From NCBI GenBank assembly GCA_022711075.1, contig JAKLFS010000001.1, positions 3,859 to 44,135 on the forward strand: DNA of 40,277 nt. The letters are read 5' to 3'. The notes beneath the pieces are model-generated. The model searched no databases and was not told where the DNA came from. It saw nothing but the letters and a program-made list of their open reading frames with translations. Positions 8,350-16,964 of this stretch are shown here, piece by piece (position 1 is the stretch's first letter; every line of letters begins with the position of its first letter). The translations under genes were made by a program, and so were the position numbers. The DNA is from Patescibacteria group bacterium (GTDB taxonomy: Bacteria > Patescibacteriota > Minisyncoccia > UBA6257 > JAAZHW01).

Positions 8350-8847
8350 TTAATAATTTACTTGGCCAAGGGAATTGATAGAAATAGAGCGGGTTAAATC
8401 GGAATTAGCCACTGATTGCAAAATAATTGTCGTCGTGGCAACTGGCCGGCCGCTAATCCTTTGAAAAACAATGTCTTTGGTGCTGCTCGCTGCCGGATCA
8501 AGAAAACGCACCTGGTTAGATAAATAAACGGTTTCAACAGAAACGTCAACTCCATAAGAGCTGCCGCGAAAAAGCGCATAATATTCCTCGCCGCTGGCCG
8601 AATTCACAAAATGCACTCCCCAATCAGTCGGACCCTGACCGGAAACGGCTTCGCCGCTAATCGCCCTGTTTTGCGCTTGTCTTAAATAAGCTGTAATTTT
8701 TTCCGCCTCAGAAGTAATGTTGGCCGATTTGCGATAACCGCCCAAATAAGAGACGCCCACAACGCCTAAGACGGTTAAAATCGCCATAGAAAGAATAACT
8801 TCTATCAGGGTGAATCCCCAGCTTTTAGTGAATTTGGAATTTTTCAT
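8350..8847 (-). CDS. Minor pilin, GspH/FimT-like
   Basis: Canonical KSWG|FTLIEVILSMAIL prepilin motif. The ATG at 8847 is preferred over the TTG at 8886, which overlaps pilC. Confidence 0.75.
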   Translation of the reverse strand: MKNSKFTKSWGFTLIEVILSMAILTVLGVVGVSYLGGYRKSANITSEAEKITAYLRQAQNRAISGEAVSGQGPTDWGVHFVNSASGEEYYALFRGSSYGVDVSVETVYLSNQVRFLDPAASSTKDIVFQRISGRPVATTTIILQSVANSDLTRSISINSLGQVNY

Positions 8848-8860
8848 TTTGAGCCTGCCA

Positions 8861-10078
8861 TTATCCTCCTCCCATTTGACCGACAAATTGATACATCGGC
8901 ATAATTACCGCCAAAGCAATGCCGCCGACCACAACGCCAATAAACAAAAGCATCACCGGCTCAAAAACCGCCATCATTGACTTGATGGAATTGTCGATTT
9001 CCGTTTGGTAAAAGTCCGATAAACTGGACAAAACCTCTTCGGTGTGGCCGGCCTTCTCACCGATTGAAATCAAAGTGCGAATGGTCTGCGGAAAAATCTC
9101 CTCTTCCCGAAAAGCTTCTCCGAGGGTCATGCCACGAACGATCTTTTCCCGCGCAACGCGCAACAAAGCCTGCTTCATCTCTTCATTGCCGACCGTCGTA
9201 GCGGTAATTTCCAAATTTTCCAGAATCGGCAAACCGGACCGCATCAACGAACCGAAAGTATTCCCAAAACGCTGGTAAGCAATTTTTTTCAAGATATCGC
9301 TCACCAAAGGAATCTTGTAGATCAAACGGCTAAAAATAAGTCGGCCCGCCTTAGTCAAGCGGAAAAATATTATCAAGGCCACTATAATGACAGCTAAGGC
9401 GCCAAAAAGCCATAAGCCATTGGCCTGAAAAAAGAAAGAAACATTAAAAATAAACTTAGTCACAACCGGAATTTTCATATCGCTCTCCATAAACATGGAA
9501 GCCATTCTCGGAATAACAAAAGTAACCAGCATGATTAAAATCGCTAAGGAAGCGGAAATCAATAAGGCGGGGTAAGTTAAGGCTGAACGCACGCGCGAAT
9601 TCAATTCCCTTTCGGCCCCCAAAGAAGTGCTCAAATTGGCGAAAACCTGCTCCAGATTGCCCGAGGCCTCACCCGCCTTAATCAAATTGATGAAAACCGG
9701 AGAAAAAATCCTTGGATAGTTGGCGAAAGTGGTATAAAACGGCTTGCCGGCTTCCAAATTTTTTCTGATTTCCATTAGCAGGGCCCGAACCGCCGGTTTT
9801 TTGAAATCGGCGATTAAAATGTCAATGGCCTTAAAAATATCAGTGCCGACTTTAAGCATCAAAGACAAGTATTTAGTCAAAAAAAGCTTGTCCACGGTGG
9901 AAATCGGCGAACCTAAAACCCCCTTCAATTTTGATTTGGAAGTTTTGATGGCGCTCAATTTGATCGGGGTTAAACCCTGATTTTTTAAAAAATCCAGAAC
10001 CGCGGCGGAATCTTGAAAATCTCCGTCACCCTCAACTGTTTTTCCCTCTTTGTTGTAAGCCGTATAATGAAATAGCAT
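8861..10078 (-). CDS. pilC: Type IV pilus platform protein PilC (GspF family), copy 1
   Basis: 405 aa. The N-terminus MLFHYTAYNKEGKTVEG, a duplicated GspF-type domain and three TM segments are typical of PilC/GspF. Confidence 0.9.
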   Translation of the reverse strand: MLFHYTAYNKEGKTVEGDGDFQDSAAVLDFLKNQGLTPIKLSAIKTSKSKLKGVLGSPISTVDKLFLTKYLSLMLKVGTDIFKAIDILIADFKKPAVRALLMEIRKNLEAGKPFYTTFANYPRIFSPVFINLIKAGEASGNLEQVFANLSTSLGAERELNSRVRSALTYPALLISASLAILIMLVTFVIPRMASMFMESDMKIPVVTKFIFNVSFFFQANGLWLFGALAVIIVALIIFFRLTKAGRLIFSRLIYKIPLVSDILKKIAYQRFGNTFGSLMRSGLPILENLEITATTVGNEEMKQALLRVAREKIVRGMTLGEAFREEEIFPQTIRTLISIGEKAGHTEEVLSSLSDFYQTEIDNSIKSMMAVFEPVMLLFIGVVVGGIALAVIMPMYQFVGQMGGG

Positions 10079-10114
10079 AGGGATATTCTTTATTATATTT
10101 TATAACATTATTTA

Positions 10115-11353
10115 CTATTGAGAAAGTAGATATTGGCGTTGAAGCTCCGACGCCGAAAGCGCCCGGTTATAGAGAAGCAGCTGGTCAATTTTTTCACCCG
10201 GGATAGAATCAACGCAAGTTGGAAGATAAATACCCACTCCCATCCAAGAAATTGTTCCGTAATTCCCTCCGGCCGTTAGAGACTTTTGCCCCGACACACT
10301 GGAATCCACATAGAGCTTGGCCAGTAAATTCGGCTTGTCAAAAACGAAAGAAAGCTGATGCCAAGTATTAAGAGAAGGAAGTGATGAATAATTAAAATCA
10401 TTGTTATCACCAGCTACCGTCCTTAAAGAAACGCCCGTACGCATATTCCAAATACTACACATACCGCAACCGGAAACATTCACTGCGGCCAAATGAACTC
10501 GGGACGTACCACTAGAAACAGTGACATAATTCCACCAGGAAAGAGTAAAACGCGAACTAGGCAAATTAGAAATGACTGTTGGCAAGGTAGCAGTGTATAC
10601 TCCGGCATTTTGATTAGTGCAACCAGCGGAAATACTACTATCCATCTCCACTGCCTTACCAATTTTACCATCAACCCAATTAACTAAATTTCTGACTTCC
10701 AGATTGGTTCCGTTGCCGCTGGTGTCAGAAGCAACGCTGCCGCTTCCCTCGTCAAAAGACCAAGAACCGACCGGCTTCAAAGAACTGGCATAAAGATTGG
10801 ACCCAATTTCATATAAATACGGATCTGGGCCCCCATCAATTTTTGATTGAGGATCAGTACCGTTCAAACCGTAATATTTTGATTCAAACCAAGCGGTTAA
10901 AGTATAGGTGCCAGAAGAATCGCAACTATACGTATAAAAAAGGTTGTCGCTCAAAGAGTTTTTCGGGTCAAGGGGCAAATGCGAAAAAAGGGACGCGGTC
11001 GCCAAAGAATCAAAGTTAATCGGAATCCAACCAGTACCATCAGTTTTCGTAACCGCCTCAGTTGCCGCTTGAACCCAACTGACGCCGCTGGGCAAATTAT
11101 CATTGGAAAGAGCGCTACCGGCAGGAAGGGAGGCGTAAATTTTTGTTCCGTCGCAAACACCCAAACTCAATCCGGAAGAATGCGCCATTTGCAAGGCCAA
11201 ATAAATGGAATTTAAATCTGCAATTCTTTGACCATCGCGGCTTTTTCTAAGAGACTCGGCCGGATTGATTGCCACGAGCGTAATAGTGGTAAGAACGCCT
11301 ATGATTACCAGAACCACAAACAGTTCCATTAAAGTAAAGCCCTGCTGTTTCAT
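10115..11353 (-). CDS. Modular type IV pilin: pilin module (paralog of 13684..14334) fused to a C-terminal LamG/concanavalin-A-like lectin-type module
   Basis: MKQQG|FTLMELFVVLVIIG. The pilin core shares motifs with the 216-aa pilin. The C-terminal region WSFDEGSGSVASDTSGNG...W.DGKIGKA...LLLYNRALSASEL carries a LamG_3-type signature. Confidence 0.8.
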   Translation of the reverse strand: MKQQGFTLMELFVVLVIIGVLTTITLVAINPAESLRKSRDGQRIADLNSIYLALQMAHSSGLSLGVCDGTKIYASLPAGSALSNDNLPSGVSWVQAATEAVTKTDGTGWIPINFDSLATASLFSHLPLDPKNSLSDNLFYTYSCDSSGTYTLTAWFESKYYGLNGTDPQSKIDGGPDPYLYEIGSNLYASSLKPVGSWSFDEGSGSVASDTSGNGTNLEVRNLVNWVDGKIGKAVEMDSSISAGCTNQNAGVYTATLPTVISNLPSSRFTLSWWNYVTVSSGTSRVHLAAVNVSGCGMCSIWNMRTGVSLRTVAGDNNDFNYSSLPSLNTWHQLSFVFDKPNLLAKLYVDSSVSGQKSLTAGGNYGTISWMGVGIYLPTCVDSIPGEKIDQLLLYNRALSASELQRQYLLSQ

Positions 11354-11355
11354 AA

Positions 11356-13068
11356 TTATTCCCGGATTACCCTTAACACCTCTTCCAACGTAGTCAGACC
11401 CAACTCAGCTTTTCTGAGCCCATCTTCAAACATGGAAATCATTCCTTTCTGCCTGGCCAAAGCTCTTAATTTATCCAAAGTAAAATCAGGCTGATTGACC
11501 AAACGCCGCATATCCTCGTCAAAATCCAAAACTTCATAAATGGCCAACTGACCGCGATAACCGGTAAACCCACAAGTCGCGCAACCGACCCCTTTATAAA
11601 GAGTTCGCGGTAAAACGGGATTTTCCAAACCGGTAAATTCTTTTAGTTGCCTTTCCAAGGCCTTAGCCACTTCCGGCGTCACTTCCTGAGACTGAATGCA
11701 ATCGCGGCAAAGGCGGCGCAACAATCTTTGCGCCACGACGGTATTTAAAACCGCCGAAACCAAAAAAGCCGGAATTTTCATGTCAATCAATCGCGGAATG
11801 GCTGTCGGGGCGTCATTGGTATGCAAAGACGAAAGCACAAGGTGGCCGGTTAAAGCCGAGTGCACGGAAATTTCCGCCGTTTCTTCATCGCGGATTTCAC
11901 CGACCATAATGATATTGGGGTCTTGACGCAAAATCGCCCGCAGCCCGGTGGCGAAAGTGATTCCCGCCTGAGGATTAATCTGCGTCTGATTAACATACCG
12001 AATATCGTATTCAATCGGGTCTTCAGTCGTGACGATGTTGACATCCGGACGATTAAGCATGTTGATGATGGAATAAAGCGTCGTGGTTTTACCCGAACCG
12101 GTCGGACCGGTAACCAAAAGCATGCCATAAGTTTTTTTAATGCTTTCTTCTATAATATGCGCCGTATCCGGCAGCATCCCCAATTCAGCTAAACTCATCG
12201 GTTTAGCCGTTGCCCGCAACAAACGCATTTCCACTTTTTCACCGTAAAAAGTCGGCATTAAGGAAACACGGATATCCATCGCCTCGCCCAAGGCCTCATA
12301 ACGAAAACGTCCATCTTGCGGTTTGCGATGCTCATCAATTTTTAAACTGGCCAAAAGCTTAATGCGCGCCACAATCGCCGGCTGAATTTCTTTGGCAATC
12401 CTGATAATTTCGTGCAGAACGCCGTCAATGCGAAAACGGATTAAAAGCGTGTCTTGCAAAATTTCAATGTGGATATCCGAAGAATTCAAAGAAATGGCGT
12501 AAGCCAATATGGTATCGACCATATTGATTACCGGCAACTCATTGGCAATCTCCTGTTCGCCCACCATTTTCAATCGGCTGGAAGCAATCACACTCTCCTC
12601 AATGGCCTTCTGGAAATCTTCAACGATTTCCTTTCCGTAAAGGGAAAAAACGTAATTGAGATCCTTGGGCGTGGTTAAATATATTTTCACCGCCGAACCG
12701 GTGTATTTTTCCACAAAACCGATGGTTTCCAAATCGCTCGGATCTTCCATGGCCAAAGAAATACGGCCGGCCTCATCTTTATCAAAAACCGCCACCCGTT
12801 TAGTCCGGGCCACTTCTTCGGGAATTAAACTCAGAATAGCCTTCTTAATCGGCCGACCGCGTAATTTGACGAGCGGCGTTTTAAAAAAATCCGTATAAAG
12901 TTGGTAAAGATAATCTTCGGAAATAAAGCCGCGGGAAATAAAAATAGCCGCTGCATCTTGCCCGGTTCTTTTTGCTTCTTCCAAAACGGCATTGAAATCA
13001 TTTTCGGAAACCAAATGGCTCCCGACTAACAATTCTTTTAATTTTTCCAGCGGCAAATGCACGGCCAT
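11356..13068 (-). CDS. pilB: Type IV pilus assembly ATPase PilB (GspE family), copy 1
   Basis: Walker A GPTGSGKTTT, Asp/His boxes, the tetracysteine CRDC...CATC, and a GspE_N-like N-terminus. Confidence 0.92.
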   Translation of the reverse strand: MAVHLPLEKLKELLVGSHLVSENDFNAVLEEAKRTGQDAAAIFISRGFISEDYLYQLYTDFFKTPLVKLRGRPIKKAILSLIPEEVARTKRVAVFDKDEAGRISLAMEDPSDLETIGFVEKYTGSAVKIYLTTPKDLNYVFSLYGKEIVEDFQKAIEESVIASSRLKMVGEQEIANELPVINMVDTILAYAISLNSSDIHIEILQDTLLIRFRIDGVLHEIIRIAKEIQPAIVARIKLLASLKIDEHRKPQDGRFRYEALGEAMDIRVSLMPTFYGEKVEMRLLRATAKPMSLAELGMLPDTAHIIEESIKKTYGMLLVTGPTGSGKTTTLYSIINMLNRPDVNIVTTEDPIEYDIRYVNQTQINPQAGITFATGLRAILRQDPNIIMVGEIRDEETAEISVHSALTGHLVLSSLHTNDAPTAIPRLIDMKIPAFLVSAVLNTVVAQRLLRRLCRDCIQSQEVTPEVAKALERQLKEFTGLENPVLPRTLYKGVGCATCGFTGYRGQLAIYEVLDFDEDMRRLVNQPDFTLDKLRALARQKGMISMFEDGLRKAELGLTTLEEVLRVIRE

Positions 13069-13080
13069 GCGAATATTTGT

Positions 13081-13680
13081 TTAAAACTTTAACGAATTTA
13101 TTATGGGCCAACTCAATATCGTCTGGCCAAAAACAAGAATCAGAAAAGCGGCAATCGGCCACAAATAACGCAGAGAAAAAAGTTCACCGAATTTCCATTT
13201 TTTAAAAATAAGACCCAGCAGATAAAAAACAATGGCGCAAAGTAAAATCGCGAAAACGTAGAACAGCCACAAAGGATGACCCACTACTATTATACCATAA
13301 AAAATCAAACCCGGCTCATCTTCATGAAATAACCGGTTTTGGAAGCGACGATTAATGATTTTGGCAACGAAATAAAATAATAAAGCGATGAAAAGACTGA
13401 AGGCAAAAGGCCAAACGAACCGGTAGCCGACGTAACCGATAAAATAGCTTAAAGGAGTATGCGGCGGCAAAAGCCCTTGGGAAAGAGGATTATGACTCCA
13501 AACATAATATTGACCGAACACCAACAAACCGACTTTAACTGTCTGGAGTATTAAAACAACAATAACAGCGGGCCTTAGCAAATTCTTGGACTTAAACAAT
13601 CCGAGAATCAGGCCCGCTGTTATTAATAAATACGCAAACGGTAACAGTTGGACAAACCAATCAATCGCAATCATGCTCAA
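13081..13680 (-). CDS. Polytopic (about 5-6 TM) membrane protein of unknown function embedded between the pilin and pilB
   Basis: ORF with five or more long hydrophobic segments, 3-nt and 12-nt gaps to its neighbours, and no motif I recognise (no GxGD prepilin-peptidase motif). Confidence 0.6.
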   Translation of the reverse strand: MSMIAIDWFVQLLPFAYLLITAGLILGLFKSKNLLRPAVIVVLILQTVKVGLLVFGQYYVWSHNPLSQGLLPPHTPLSYFIGYVGYRFVWPFAFSLFIALLFYFVAKIINRRFQNRLFHEDEPGLIFYGIIVVGHPLWLFYVFAILLCAIVFYLLGLIFKKWKFGELFSLRYLWPIAAFLILVFGQTILSWPIINSLKF

Positions 13681-13683
13681 TCC

Positions 13684-14334
13684 TTAGGGGAAAGTATAAA
13701 ATCCAGTGGATGAAGTGCCAACCAAATTCAAGCCCGGCGCATTGCCCACTTCATAAAGCGAAGTACAATTGCCGCCATCTTTAGAAACAACATCGCCCTC
13801 ACCACTGAGCTTGTAATAGACACTTTCCATCTGAGCATCAATCTCGTAAGTGGTGCTCGTAGCATTACAAGCATAAGTGTAGTACAAATTGCTGGTTTGC
13901 GTGGTAGAAGTGGCGTTAGTCGGATCTATGGGCAAAGCTGAAAGCGGAGAACCGGAAGAAATGCTGTCAAAGTTCACTGGAATCCAGCCAGTACCATTAG
14001 TCAAACGGGGATTGGTCGCGGCAACTTGCGTGGTTCGAGTATAGCCATCTCCTCCCACCTGGCTAGTCGCAGTCATGCCGCCAATACCAACAGAATAATA
14101 AATCTTAAGTGGGCAGTCACTAGCCGGCGTAATTGCCATAGACGGATTAGCCCTGTCCGTTAAATACAGGTTCATGGCTGTCCGCAAAGCACCCAAATCC
14201 GAGACCCTTTTGGTATCACGGGTTTTTCTTAAAATTTCTCCCGGGTTGATGGTCACGATAACGATGCTCATTAAAAGCGCCAAAATGGCAATCACAACAA
14301 GCAATTCCACTAATGTAAATCCTTTTTTCTTCAT
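13684..14334 (-). CDS. Type IV pilin, candidate major pilin of locus 1
   Basis: MKKKG|FTLVELLVVIAILALL with Glu5; Ser/Thr-rich C-terminal half; first structural gene after the regulator. Confidence 0.85.
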   Translation of the reverse strand: MKKKGFTLVELLVVIAILALLMSIVIVTINPGEILRKTRDTKRVSDLGALRTAMNLYLTDRANPSMAITPASDCPLKIYYSVGIGGMTATSQVGGDGYTRTTQVAATNPRLTNGTGWIPVNFDSISSGSPLSALPIDPTNATSTTQTSNLYYTYACNATSTTYEIDAQMESVYYKLSGEGDVVSKDGGNCTSLYEVGNAPGLNLVGTSSTGFYTFP

Positions 14335-14368
14335 AAAGAATATGCTCTTTATTTTTATTCTGTGCGCG

Positions 14369-14396
14369 ATTTTACGACCTTTGTTTATTTCTACAA
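14369..14396 (-). promoter_or_regulatory. Candidate sigma70-type promoter for the locus 1 pilin (TTGTAG-16-TAAAAT)
   Basis: -35 at 14391-14396 and -10 at 14369-14374 (minus-strand sense). Confidence 0.4.
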
Positions 14397-14399
14397 ATC

Positions 14400-14786
14400 C
14401 TACTTGGTTAAATGAAGGAATTCTTTGACCTTCTCAATTAAATCGTCAATGGATATCTTGGCTTTAACGAAATATTCTACTGCCCCCAATTCCTTGCCCC
14501 TCTGAATATCGCTCGTTTGTCCTAAATTGGAAATGATAATTACCGGCATATCTTTTAGCTGCGGATCAGTTGATATTTTTTCCAAGACTTCAAATCCGCT
14601 CTTTTTCGGCAGAATCAAATCCAATAAAATCAGGGAGGGGCGGTTGGCCGTTAAATCTTTAAGGGCCTCCTCTCCGTCCCGTGCCAAAGTAACGTCAATA
14701 TTTTCGCGTTGCAACCGGACTTTCAACAAATTAGACAAAAAGGGGTCGTCTTCCACCAAGAGAATTTTTAACGCATTTCCATCCAT
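14400..14786 (-). CDS. Stand-alone CheY-like response regulator receiver domain
   Basis: ILLVEDDPFL...LILLDLILPKKSGFEVL...IIISN...KA, with no output domain. The ATG at 14786 is preferred over the GTG at 14798, which would sit at the predicted TSS. Confidence 0.85.
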   Translation of the reverse strand: MDGNALKILLVEDDPFLSNLLKVRLQRENIDVTLARDGEEALKDLTANRPSLILLDLILPKKSGFEVLEKISTDPQLKDMPVIIISNLGQTSDIQRGKELGAVEYFVKAKISIDDLIEKVKEFLHLTK

Positions 14787-14803
14787 AAATTGTTTCACTT
14801 TTA

Positions 14804-14849
14804 ATTATAATACAATAGAGACCTTTATAAAATAAGTGACTGTGGATAA
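14804..14849 (-). promoter_or_regulatory. TATAAT -10 (14804-14809) for the regulator/pilin operon, with a perfect DnaA-box 9-mer (14841-14849, TGTGGATAA on the plus strand) upstream
   Basis: Read directly from the sequence. Confidence 0.45.
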
Positions 14850-14856
14850 CAACCAA

Positions 14857-14897
14857 CGAAAAACCGCTTTCTCCAAATCAGCTTAATTAAAGCGGTT
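14857..14897 (-). terminator. Intrinsic terminator after the 16S transcription unit (AACCGCUUU-18 nt loop-AAAGCGGUU + UUUUCG)
   Basis: 9-bp stem at 14862-14870/14889-14897 followed by a U-run in minus-strand sense. Confidence 0.6.
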
Positions 14898-14949
14898 AAA
14901 CCCATAACAACCAATTGTAATAAAAATTAGCGACTCTAACGGGCTTATT

Positions 14950-14974
14950 CAACTCCTTTTTCATTGTTTCGTGC
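14950..14974 (-). other. Pre-16S processing stem, 3' (trailer) strand
   Basis: 25 nt complementary (23/25) to 16616-16640; the two segments bracket the whole 16S. Confidence 0.75.
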
Positions 14975-15073
14975 TTGCCCCAGAGTTTTTAACTAAGGGG
15001 ACTTGAGATTTCTCTTGAAACAAGAGAAATCGACCTAGGAACTCTCCGACTGTACGTCGGAAAGAAAAATTCC

Positions 15074-16594
<1,521 letters not shown>

Positions 16595-16615
16595 AAAAAA
16601 TAAACTTGAATGATC

Positions 16616-16640
16616 GCACGAAACAATGAAAAAATAGTTG
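16616..16640 (-). other. Pre-16S processing stem, 5' (leader) strand
   Basis: Complementary to 14950-14974. Confidence 0.75.
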
Positions 16641-16659
16641 ATTATATAGTGTGTGGAAA

Positions 16660-16671
16660 TTTTCAAAGAAC
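16660..16671 (-). promoter_or_regulatory. boxA-like antitermination motif in the rRNA leader (GTTCTTTGAAAA, 9/12 to GCTCTTTAACAA)
   Basis: Lies between the leader hairpin and the processing stem, the same order as boxB-boxA in E. coli rrn leaders. Confidence 0.3.
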
Positions 16672-16696
16672 TTCGGAACAACTGGCCTCTGATAAG

Positions 16697-16757
16697 AAAC
16701 CAGTGACTGGCAGCGAATTATTTATTTAAAAATAATTTCATTGCTGGTCACTGGTCT
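16697..16757. other. Long imperfect hairpin (about 24 pairing positions) in the 16S leader region
   Basis: ccagtgac (16700-16707) pairs with gtcactgg (16747-16754), and the AT-rich inner stem 16716-16723 pairs with 16730-16737. Three non-Watson-Crick positions are G-U only in the plus-strand transcript. Confidence 0.5.
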
Positions 16758-16816
16758 CCTAAATAAAAATTTAAGAAAGTTTTGATGATTATTAATTTTG
16801 CATAAGCCTCTAGAGT

Positions 16817-16844
16817 ATTTTAGCCATTACAAACTATTTGTCAA
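16817..16844 (-). promoter_or_regulatory. 16S promoter P2 (TTGACA-16-TAAAAT)
   Basis: -35 at 16839-16844 and -10 at 16817-16822 in minus-strand sense. Confidence 0.65.
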
Positions 16845-16869
16845 TTTCTGTCCTTAATTAACTATACCC

Positions 16870-16899
16870 AGTTTACTTCATTTATAAGCGGCTTGTCAA
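16870..16899 (-). promoter_or_regulatory. 16S promoter P1 (TTGACA-18-TAAACT); the -35 lies inside a 15-nt palindrome
   Basis: -35 at 16894-16899 and -10 at 16870-16875; palindrome CGGCTTGTCAAGCCG at 16889-16903. Confidence 0.45.
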
Positions 16900-16964
16900 G
16901 CCGGCTGAAACAATGGGCCAAGATTAACATTTTAGTAAAAATATGCTACAATAACACAATCAAA

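Noticed and set aside
16893-16964. N-terminal extensions from non-ATG starts in the ORF track (TTG at 16893, 8886, 8279, 22941 and 38382; GTG at 14798)
   Set aside because: The extensions overlap upstream genes or promoters. They also precede an in-frame ATG that yields a canonical N-terminus (prepilin leader, TM anchor or receiver domain).
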